Of a DNA stretch of 60,669 nucleotides, positions 36,511 to 43,993 are shown in pieces. A program made the translations under genes and the position numbers. The notes beneath the pieces were generated by a model. That model was not told the origin of the DNA and did not search any database. It worked only from the letters and a program-made list of their open reading frames with translations. The stretch's first letter is position 1; the number at the start of each line of letters is the position of its first letter. The stretch comes from Gemmatimonadales bacterium (GTDB lineage: Bacteria; Gemmatimonadota; Gemmatimonadetes; Gemmatimonadales; GWC2-71-9): the NCBI GenBank assembly GCA_038209515.1, contig JBBQXQ010000005.1, forward strand, positions 1 to 60,669, read 5' to 3'.

Positions 36511-37752
36511 TTATTTCCTCCGAAGCCACATCGTCGGGTCCAGTGCGATCTGTTTGTCTCCCCTGATCTCGAAATGTAGATGCGGGCCGTAGTCCGAGTT
36601 CTGGCCGCCCACCGTCCCGATCACCTTACCCTTCGAGGTCGAGGCCCCCAGCTTGACATCGGCCGTCTCGAGGTGGGCATACACGGAATAGTATCCGTTG
36701 CCATGCTCCAGAACGATGGTGAGTCCGTAGGTTCCGAATTGTCCGACCAGCCGCACCTTGCCGGCTTCCACTGCCTTGACTGGCGTGCCGACTGGCGCCG
36801 CGATGCCGACGCCGTTCCACCGAATGACGCCCCCACTCGGAAGCGTGTCCCGCCCAAACCGGTAGACAATAGTTCCCTCGACCGGCCAGTCGAGCTTGCC
36901 CAGATCCGCCGTCGTGATGGAGCCGGGCGCACTGACTCCGCCGCGGAGCGCGCCGCGGGCCGCTTCATCCCGGCGGGCCCGCTCCAGCGAGGCCAGGAGT
37001 CCATTCAGCCGCGACTCGTCCTTTTGTAGCTCGGTGAGCCGCCGCTCCGTGTTTCGGGCCGAGCGCTGCAGGCTCTGCAGCTTACTGGCCCGCTCGGACG
37101 CCAGCGCCGAGTACTTGCTGGCCTCGGCCTCTCGCTCCTCCCGCCTCCGATCCAGCTCGCCCCGGACATTCAGGATGTTGTTCCGCTGCTGGACCACCCG
37201 GTTCCGCAGCTTCTCTACGTCGGTGACCAGCGAGCGGTCCTGCTCGCTGGTGAGGTAGAGATACTTATACCGGCTCAGGAGGTCGCCGAATGATTCGGCG
37301 GTCAGGAGGACCTGAAAGGTGTGGAGAGTGCCCCGCTTGTAGATGTCCACCAGCCTTCGCTGGAGGACCGCTCGCCGCTCGGCGAGATTGTCCTGGGCCA
37401 GGATCAGCTCGGCACTGGATCGGTCGAGCTGTGATGCCAGCCCCCCGATCTGCCGCTCGATCTCGTTCACAATCCGCTGAGTCGATTCCCGCTGCCGCTC
37501 GAGATTGCTCAGCTCGTCGTTGACATCATGCACCTGCCCCTGAAGCCGCTCGCGCTGCCGTTGGAGGCGATCCCGCTCCGCCCGGATTTCCTCGAGTCGC
37601 CGCCGACTCTCCTCGAGGTCGGTCTGCGCGTGGATTGGGGGGCAGAGAGCCATGCCGAGGAGAAACAGACGGAGAGGACGGAGATGACGGAAAGGACGTA
37701 ATAGAGACTGACACCTCTCCGTCTTCTCCGTCTTCTCCGTCCCCTTAAACAT
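36511..37752 (-). CDS. M23 peptidase with long coiled-coil (EnvC-like)
   Basis: About 250 aa of coiled coil precede an M23 domain with intact HLHFE and GYYSVYAHL. The start is ambiguous: ATG 37752 overlaps the ftsX stop, and ATG 37653 lies downstream of a repeat hairpin. Confidence 0.85.
   Translation of the reverse strand: MFKGTEKTEKTERCQSLLRPFRHLRPLRLFLLGMALCPPIHAQTDLEESRRRLEEIRAERDRLQRQRERLQGQVHDVNDELSNLERQRESTQRIVNEIERQIGGLASQLDRSSAELILAQDNLAERRAVLQRRLVDIYKRGTLHTFQVLLTAESFGDLLSRYKYLYLTSEQDRSLVTDVEKLRNRVVQQRNNILNVRGELDRRREEREAEASKYSALASERASKLQSLQRSARNTERRLTELQKDESRLNGLLASLERARRDEAARGALRGGVSAPGSITTADLGKLDWPVEGTIVYRFGRDTLPSGGVIRWNGVGIAAPVGTPVKAVEAGKVRLVGQFGTYGLTIVLEHGNGYYSVYAHLETADVKLGASTSKGKVIGTVGGQNSDYGPHLHFEIRGDKQIALDPTMWLRRK
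37657..37744. repeat. Inverted pair of GACGGAGAA-type nonamer arrays
   Basis: The left arm is gaggagaaaca gacggagag gacggagat gacggaaag gacg (37657-37698). A 15-nt spacer separates it from the right arm cctctccgtc ttctccgtc ttctccgtc ccc (37714-37744). Confidence 0.9.
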
Positions 37753-38614
37753 GCCGTAGATGCCGCCCCACGCTCACTAGACTGCCGCCGAGGCCGAGCA
37801 GAACGCCGAACACGATGATTAGCACCATGTGCTCGGGGCGGAAGAAGATGAGGCCTGCCAGCGTCCCGCCGCTCTTGTCGCGGAACAACAAGTAGCCCCC
37901 GTAACACAGCACCAGCGACAGAAGACCACCGAGCAGCCCTTTCATGGCGCCTTCGAGCAGAAACGGGCCGCGGATGAACCAGTTGGTGGCGCCGACCAGG
38001 CGCATGATCGAGATCTCCCGCGCGCGCTGGAGGATCGTGAGTCGGATGGTGACCCCGATGATGACCACTGCCACGGCGGCGAACGCCAGGCCGATGACCA
38101 GGCCGACCAGACCGGTGAGGTTTCTCAGGTGATCGAGCTTCTGTACCCACTCCCGGCCGAAGCGCACGTCATCGATGAAGCCAAACCCCTGGAGCCGTTG
38201 GGCCACCCGTTCAGCACTGGTCGCGTCGCGATAGCCGTCTTTGAGCCGCACCTCGATCGAGGCAGGAAGCGGATTCACCTGGAGGTCGCGGTAGGCGTCG
38301 CGGAACTCGACCAGCTCGGCGCGGGCGCGCTGAAGAGCCTGTTCCTCGGTCACGTAGTTGACCTCCTGGACCTCGGGAAACGCCGCGATATCCTGGGTGG
38401 CGATCGCGATCGTCTCCGCCGGCGTGCCCCGGAGGATGTAGGCCACGATCTCGACCCGCTCCTCAATGCCCCGAAGGGCCTCGCGCAGGTTGATCGCCAC
38501 CAGGCCGAATAGCCCCACGGTGAAGAGCGAGAAAGCGATCGTGGTTACCGAGAGCACCGACAGAAGCGGAGCCCGGCGGAAGGACAGCAGTGCCTCGCGG
38601 CTCAGGAGCTTCAC
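37745..38614 (-). CDS. ftsX: Cell division permease FtsX
   Basis: It has four TM segments and a periplasmic loop domain. It overlaps ftsE by 4 nt. Confidence 0.9.
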   Translation of the reverse strand: MKLLSREALLSFRRAPLLSVLSVTTIAFSLFTVGLFGLVAINLREALRGIEERVEIVAYILRGTPAETIAIATQDIAAFPEVQEVNYVTEEQALQRARAELVEFRDAYRDLQVNPLPASIEVRLKDGYRDATSAERVAQRLQGFGFIDDVRFGREWVQKLDHLRNLTGLVGLVIGLAFAAVAVVIIGVTIRLTILQRAREISIMRLVGATNWFIRGPFLLEGAMKGLLGGLLSLVLCYGGYLLFRDKSGGTLAGLIFFRPEHMVLIIVFGVLLGLGGSLVSVGRHLRHV

Positions 38615-39300
38615 TGTGCCTCCGCGGCGGCCTCGTCCACCGCGCTGTCGTACACCAGGCTGCCGTCGCGCATCTCGATGATCCGGTACGCCGTCTGCCG
38701 CACCAGATCGAGGTCGTGGGTGGCCATGACGACAACGGTGCCGCCGGCGTTGATGTCGCGCAGCAGCTGGAAGACGCCGCGAGTGGCCCGCTCGTCGAGG
38801 TTCCCGGTTGGCTCGTCGGCGAGCAGGATCGCCGGATCGTTCACCAGGGCCCGCGCGATGGCCACCCGCTGCTGTTCCCCACCCGAGAGCTCGCGCGGAT
38901 ACGCCCGGGCCTTCGACGAGAGCCCGACCTGGGTCAGAACCCGCATCACCCGGGCGGCAATGGTGTCGGTGCGCGCCCCGGTCACTTCGAGCGCAAAGGC
39001 GATGTTCTCCGCCGCCGTGCGGTCTTCCAGAAGACGGAAGTCCTGGAACACGACGCCGAGCCTGCGCCGGAGCCTCGGCACGTCGTCGGGGCGGAGGGTG
39101 GTGACGTTGTAGCCCGAGACCCGCACCTCCCCGCCGCTCGGTCGCTGCTCCGCGAAGAGCATCTTCATGATGGTGGACTTGCCGGCGCCCGAGTGGCCGG
39201 TCAGGAAGACAAACTCCCCCTTGGAGACGTGAAAGCTCACGTCCTTCAGGGCCATCGCACCATTGGGATAGGCTTTGTATACGTTGGAAAAGCGGATCAC
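38611..39300 (-). CDS. ftsE: Cell division ATP-binding protein FtsE
   Basis: MIRFSNVYKAYPNG...GHSGAGKST, LSGGEQQR and LLADEPTGNLD are present. Confidence 0.93.
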   Translation of the reverse strand: MIRFSNVYKAYPNGAMALKDVSFHVSKGEFVFLTGHSGAGKSTIMKMLFAEQRPSGGEVRVSGYNVTTLRPDDVPRLRRRLGVVFQDFRLLEDRTAAENIAFALEVTGARTDTIAARVMRVLTQVGLSSKARAYPRELSGGEQQRVAIARALVNDPAILLADEPTGNLDERATRGVFQLLRDINAGGTVVVMATHDLDLVRQTAYRIIEMRDGSLVYDSAVDEAAAEAQ

Positions 39301-39316
39301 GTCGTGGAATAAAGAA

Positions 39317-39378
39317 GGTCGAGGGTCTAGGGTCTAGGGTCTAGGATGCGTTTTGACCCTCGACCCTCGACCCTAGAC
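39317..39378. repeat. Inverted pair of GGGTCTA/GGGTCGA heptamer arrays
   Basis: The sequence is ggtcgagggtctagggtctagggtctagg - atgcgtttt - gaccctcgaccctcgaccctagac. The right arm contains the stop codon of the metC-like gene, and the left arm ends 17 nt before the ftsE start. Confidence 0.9.
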
Positions 39379-40539
39379 TCCCTTTTTTCCCTCAAGCGCC
39401 TGACTCAAATCCCCGATGATGTCCGCTGCGTCCTCGATGCCACAGCTCAGACGCAAAAAGCCGTCCGGGATGCCGATCTTGAGTCGGCCCTCCGGGCCGA
39501 TGCTCTTGTGTGACGTGAGGCGAGGCTCCGAGATGAGCGTCTCCACGCCGGCGAGGCTCGGTGCATGGGTGATCAACTTGAGTCGTTTGAGCAGCCGCTC
39601 CGTCGCCTTAACGCCGCCCTTGAGCTCGAGCCCCACCATCCCCCCGAACCCGTTGAGCGCGGCCTTGGCGTGTGCGTGGTCCGGATGCGACGGCAATCCG
39701 GGGTAATGCACCCTGGTAATGCCGGGGTGTTGCTCCGCCCACTGCGCGACAGCCAGGCCGTTGGCGTTGTGACGCTCCATGCGCACCGCGAGCGTGCGCA
39801 TCCCCCGGTCGATGAGCCAGGCCGCGTGGGGATCGATGGCCTGGCCCCAGAGCCGCATGAGGCGGTTCACCTCCTCCACAAATGCACTCGAGCCTGCCAC
39901 CACACCGGCGATCACGTCGCTGTGCCCGTTGAGATACTTGGTGGCGCTGGTGATGACGACGTCCGCACCGTGCTCCAGGGGCCGGTAGTTGATCGGGCTG
40001 GCGAAAGTGGCATCCACCAGCAGCGCCAGGCCGTGCTCCTTGGCGAGGTACGAGATCGGGCCCAGGTCGATGACCCGCATGAGCGGGTTGGTGGGCGTCT
40101 CTACGAAGAGGGCCCGGGTGGCCTTGCGCATCGACTTGCGCCAATGCCGCACCTGGTCCGGGCTCACATAGGTGACCTCGATGCCGAAGCGGGCCAACTC
40201 CTCGTCGAAGAGCCGCTGGGTACCGCCATAGATCCAGGTGCTCGCGATCAGATGGTCGCCGGGGCGGAGCATGGCAAGGTGAGCAAGTGCGGTTGCTCCC
40301 ATGCCGCTGGCCACGAAGATCGCGTCCTCCGCACCCTCGAGCAGCGCGTACTTCCGGGCCAGCTCGACCTGGTTCGGGTTGTTGCCGTAGCGGCTATAGA
40401 GCACCTCCTCGTCCGATCCGATCGGGTTGACGAAGGTGCTGCTCTGGAGCAGGGCAGGGGCGATCGGTGCCCAGTCAGGCCGGCGGTGCGGTGTGCCGTG
40501 GATGGCGGTGGTGGAGAACCCGAACCCGGACCGGCTCAT
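39373..40539 (-). CDS. Cys/Met-metabolism PLP enzyme (cystathionine gamma-synthase / beta-lyase family)
   Basis: The PLP-lysine motif is SATKYLNGHSDVIAG, and the typical trans-sulfuration family pattern is present throughout. Confidence 0.85.
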   Translation of the reverse strand: MSRSGFGFSTTAIHGTPHRRPDWAPIAPALLQSSTFVNPIGSDEEVLYSRYGNNPNQVELARKYALLEGAEDAIFVASGMGATALAHLAMLRPGDHLIASTWIYGGTQRLFDEELARFGIEVTYVSPDQVRHWRKSMRKATRALFVETPTNPLMRVIDLGPISYLAKEHGLALLVDATFASPINYRPLEHGADVVITSATKYLNGHSDVIAGVVAGSSAFVEEVNRLMRLWGQAIDPHAAWLIDRGMRTLAVRMERHNANGLAVAQWAEQHPGITRVHYPGLPSHPDHAHAKAALNGFGGMVGLELKGGVKATERLLKRLKLITHAPSLAGVETLISEPRLTSHKSIGPEGRLKIGIPDGFLRLSCGIEDAADIIGDLSQALEGKKGV

Positions 40540-41072
40540 GCGGTCGGCAGCGGATGATAGAGCTCGCCGATCGGGCGGACCAGCCGGTGAAGGGCGAGAT
40601 CGTGCAGCGCCTCACGTCCGCGAGGCTCCGGCCACCCCAGCACGCCGCACAGGTCGGGCACGGCCAGAGGTCCGTGGTCGCACACGCAGGCAAACGCCCG
40701 CCTGGCATCGGCCCGGACCCAGCCCAGCAGTCTAGGATCCCGGCTGTCCGGCGGCATCGCGGCCACCGCCAGGCGATGATGGACGAGAACATGCTCAATG
40801 GCCTCATGGTGATCTTCCCGAAGACCCTGGAGAACCACGAAATAGGCGGTTCGCACTGCCAGGAGCAGCTTGGCGACCACTTCGTCGGCGCAGCTCAGGT
40901 CCACCAGCTCGATCCCGGAGAAGTCCAGCAGAGCGGTCATGCAGTTCGATCCGGCCAGCGCTTCCTCGATCCGGATGCGGACGGCGGCGCCGGTGGGCCG
41001 GGTGACCAGGTTGCGGTACGGCGCGGCGACGGCCTCGCGGAGCAGGTGCCCGATCCGGATCGTCTGTATCAC
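40536..41072 (-). CDS. STAS-like (DUF4325-type) domain protein with C-terminal winged-helix-like region
   Basis: LVTRPTGAAVRIRIEEAL....ALLDFSGIELVDLSCADEVVAKLL resembles the DUF4325 STAS-like pattern as I remember it. ATGA overlaps occur at both ends. Confidence 0.5.
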   Translation of the reverse strand: MIQTIRIGHLLREAVAAPYRNLVTRPTGAAVRIRIEEALAGSNCMTALLDFSGIELVDLSCADEVVAKLLLAVRTAYFVVLQGLREDHHEAIEHVLVHHRLAVAAMPPDSRDPRLLGWVRADARRAFACVCDHGPLAVPDLCGVLGWPEPRGREALHDLALHRLVRPIGELYHPLPTA

Positions 41073-41971
41073 CGCGGCTCCGCGCCCTGCGCCGGGATGA
41101 TGATCTGCACTTGCGCGCCCGGGAAATACGCCAGGTTCTCGCTCAGAGGGATGTCCTCATCCCAGGGTGGGATGATGGACAACCGGGCAGTGCCGCTGCG
41201 GATGGAGATCTTCCCCTCCCATTGGTCGAGAAATCTCTTGATGAACGCGAGGCCCTGGCCCCGACCCGGATCGCGGAAGCGACTCACCCCTTGAATGAGG
41301 GCCGCCTCCAGCGCCGCGCCGTCCCCCCAGCGCTCGCCGAAGCGTTTGGCGTGGGTGCTCTCGAGCGAGCGGCGGAATCCCACACCCCCGTCGCTCACTG
41401 CGATGACCACGACTCTGCGACCCAGCCGGCGGCGGAAGGTGTACGCCTGGACCGCAACCCAGCCGCTGGTCCCCGCGTGCTCCACAATATTCTGGCAGGC
41501 CTCTGAAAGCGCCATACTGAAGCGAAGCGTGGCCTTCATTTCGAGACCCAGCTCCCCGTGTAAAATCCGGGAGGCTCCCTCGGAGATCTTATCGACCACG
41601 CCGTGGACGTCCTCGGATGCCCGTACCGGCGTCACGTCGAGCAGCACGTCGGACGGCCCGGTGGTCGTGGTGCGCGGGACCTTGCCGTGGAGCTCGAACA
41701 GCTCCGCGGCGTGATGAAAGAACCCGGCGCGGGCCCAGTACCGCTTCACCTCGTCGCTGGTGGGCACCGTCAGCAACGGCTTCTCCCGCTTCGCTTCCGC
41801 CAGCGCCTGCCCGGCAGTCAGGATGCCAATGAGACCATACGGGGACGCCCACTGGGTGCTCCGCGCGTCCAGCAGCACCTTCTCCTCCGGGGGCCACTCG
41901 GCGAATCCGCCGGCAAAGGCGTCGAAGGTGCGGTCCTCGAAGTGCGCAGGAACCTCGATGACCCGGGTCAC
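41069..41971 (-). CDS. GHKL-superfamily ATPase (SpoIIAB/RsbW/HK-like) with novel N-terminal domain
   Basis: The N-box is EACQNIVEHA, G1 is VSDGGVGF and G2 is GRGQGLAF. There is no DHp/H-box. The N-terminal region of about 130 aa is STAS-like (VLLDARSTQWASPYGLIGIL). Confidence 0.65.
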   Translation of the reverse strand: MTRVIEVPAHFEDRTFDAFAGGFAEWPPEEKVLLDARSTQWASPYGLIGILTAGQALAEAKREKPLLTVPTSDEVKRYWARAGFFHHAAELFELHGKVPRTTTTGPSDVLLDVTPVRASEDVHGVVDKISEGASRILHGELGLEMKATLRFSMALSEACQNIVEHAGTSGWVAVQAYTFRRRLGRRVVVIAVSDGGVGFRRSLESTHAKRFGERWGDGAALEAALIQGVSRFRDPGRGQGLAFIKRFLDQWEGKISIRSGTARLSIIPPWDEDIPLSENLAYFPGAQVQIIIPAQGAEPR

Positions 41972-42972
41972 GGGGTCACCAGCTCGCCGCGGAGATGGCG
42001 GGCCAACCCGCTCGCGCCCCGAAAGCCGGCATTCCTTGCGGCGAGCGCCGTGGCATGGCGCAGCGCGGCCTCGATTGAGTCCCCGGCCAGCAGCCGGGCA
42101 AAGGCCGCGGCCCCGAAGACGTCACCGCATCCCGTCGGGTCGAGGGTTTCGACGTTGGTAGCGGGGATGAGCGCGGTGCGGACGGTCGGCCGGTCGGCCG
42201 GTCGGGCGGTCGGTGCATGCAAGCGATCCACCCCCGACCGACTGACCGACTGACCGACTGACCGACTGTCCGCCAGACCATCAAACCCCGGCGCCGCGAC
42301 GTAGGCGACCCCCTTGGAACCCAGCGTCACCGTGAGCAGCGAAACGCCGGCGCCCAGGGCGTCGGCAGCCAACGTCAACGGGTCGGGCGTGAGCTGCTGC
42401 ATCTCATCTTCGTTCAGCTGAACCATGTCGAAGCAGCCGAACCAGGCCGGCGCGTTCGGCAGTGGTTGCAGCACCCGCATGCCGTCCTGCTGCATACCTA
42501 GGAAGAGACTGTGGAGATCGGCGTAGACTGGTCCGGCAAACCCTTGCCGTAGAGCCTGCGCGGTCCCCAGGCAGAGCTCGAATCCCGAGATGAAGTTCAG
42601 GTAGATGGCGTCCAGGTCCCGCACCATTGGTCCCAGCTCGGGCCAAGTCCACCCGGGGACACCGCCGGCCATTCGTTCGCACCGTCGCTCGGTGGACTGG
42701 TAGTGCAGCACCACGCGGTTGTTGGGGGCCGTGACCTCGACGCAACGCGCCCCCCGCGCCACCCGGGACAAGCCGCGCAGGAGATCCTGCGCCTCCGCGC
42801 TCAGGTCGCGGCCCACTTTGATCAGCGGAACCATCTCCCAGTCCGGCGTCAGGCTCGCGTCCAGTCCCGCGAGGGCGTACGCGATGCCTCCCCACTCCTC
42901 CACCGGAGGGGCGAGTTGGTCGCGGCCATAAATGAGGTCCCAGACCAAAGAACCGAGGATGCCGATCCGCAT
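41968..42972 (-). CDS. PfkB-family sugar kinase carrying an in-frame 96-nt repeat insertion
   Basis: The ribokinase-like pattern includes the C-terminal motif DPTGCGDVFGAAFA. An extra segment of about 32 aa (ADSRSVGQSVSRSGVDRLHAPTARPADRPTVR) is encoded by the repeat. Confidence 0.8.
   Translation of the reverse strand: MRIGILGSLVWDLIYGRDQLAPPVEEWGGIAYALAGLDASLTPDWEMVPLIKVGRDLSAEAQDLLRGLSRVARGARCVEVTAPNNRVVLHYQSTERRCERMAGGVPGWTWPELGPMVRDLDAIYLNFISGFELCLGTAQALRQGFAGPVYADLHSLFLGMQQDGMRVLQPLPNAPAWFGCFDMVQLNEDEMQQLTPDPLTLAADALGAGVSLLTVTLGSKGVAYVAAPGFDGLADSRSVGQSVSRSGVDRLHAPTARPADRPTVRTALIPATNVETLDPTGCGDVFGAAAFARLLAGDSIEAALRHATALAARNAGFRGASGLARHLRGELVTP
42178..42273. repeat. Inverted pair of octamer arrays (CGGTCGGC x4 / TGACCGAC x4) inside the PfkB CDS
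   Basis: The sequence is gcggacggtcggccggtcggccggtcgggcggtcggtg - catgcaagcgatccacc - cccgaccgactgaccgactgaccgactgaccgactgtccgc. The length is 96 nt, or 32 codons. Confidence 0.92.
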
Positions 42973-42973
42973 G

Positions 42974-43993
42974 CTACGAGATTGCCTGCCCCGCTGCCCA
43001 CCCACCCGGAGGGTTCCCGCCCCGCTGCCCCGCTGTATCCAGAAATACCTTGGCTGCGCCGTAGACCCCCGCGGTGCCCGTGAGCTCGCACGGCACGATC
43101 CGGCAGACGCTCACCGCCGGCTTGAACGCCCGCCGAGCCACCTCGCGCCGAAGCGGCACGAACAGGTGGTCGCCGGCCAGGGTCACACCTCCGCAGATGA
43201 CTACCGCTTCGGGATTGAAGACGTTCACCAGGTTGGCGATGGCCGCACCAAGGAACTTGGCTGTGTCGTTCACCACCTCGAGCGCCAGGTCGTCACCGTC
43301 GTGGGCGGCCTGGTAGACCGTCTGCGCCGTGATCTTCCCCAAGTCGCCCCCGACGTACGAGGCCAGCCGGCTGACCGCACCCGCCTGGATCTCCTCACAA
43401 GCTCGGAGCGCGATGTTCGGTCCGGAGGCATAGGCCTCCAGGCAGCCGTAGTTGCCGCACTTGCAGCGCCGTCCCTCGGTATCGATGGTGGTGTGGCCAA
43501 TCTCGCCCGCGCAGTCGGAGGCGCCATGGAACAGCTTGCCGTCGATGATGAGCCCGCCGCCGATCCCGGTGCCGATGGTGATACCGATGGCGATCTTCGT
43601 GCCCCGGGCGGCCCCCATCCACCATTCCCCCAGAACGGCGCAGTTGGCGTCGTTGTCCAGCGCCGCGGGCAACGACAGGCGCTCGTGAATGATCCGGCGC
43701 AGCGGCAGGTTCACCCAGCCGAGATTGGGTGTGAGCAACACGATCCCACTCTTGGTATCCAGCGGTCCCGGGGCCCCCACCCCGATGCCGATGATCTCCG
43801 CGCCGGGCACCTCACGCTTAGTCTGCTCGATGGTTCGCTTGGCCAACGTGATGAGGCGGTCGAGCACGTCGCTCTGACCGGCCTCGGCGTGGGTCGGCTC
43901 GCTTCCGAGCGCATGCAGCGCAGACCCGTCCTCGGCGACACTGCCGACGACGAGATTAGTGCCTCCGATGTCAATCCCAAGTACGAATCGCAC
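42974..43993 (-). CDS. ROK-family glucokinase
   Basis: LGIDIGGTN is present, along with the ROK Cys motif CKCGNYGCLEAY and GIGGGLI. Confidence 0.85.
   Translation of the reverse strand: MRFVLGIDIGGTNLVVGSVAEDGSALHALGSEPTHAEAGQSDVLDRLITLAKRTIEQTKREVPGAEIIGIGVGAPGPLDTKSGIVLLTPNLGWVNLPLRRIIHERLSLPAALDNDANCAVLGEWWMGAARGTKIAIGITIGTGIGGGLIIDGKLFHGASDCAGEIGHTTIDTEGRRCKCGNYGCLEAYASGPNIALRACEEIQAGAVSRLASYVGGDLGKITAQTVYQAAHDGDDLALEVVNDTAKFLGAAIANLVNVFNPEAVVICGGVTLAGDHLFVPLRREVARRAFKPAVSVCRIVPCELTGTAGVYGAAKVFLDTAGQRGGNPPGGWAAGQAIS

Noticed and set aside
42178-42273. I considered whether the short tandem arrays here and at the other micro-array loci could be a CRISPR array.
   Set aside because: The repeat period is only 7-9 nt with no unique spacers. 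No cas genes and no leader are present in the window.
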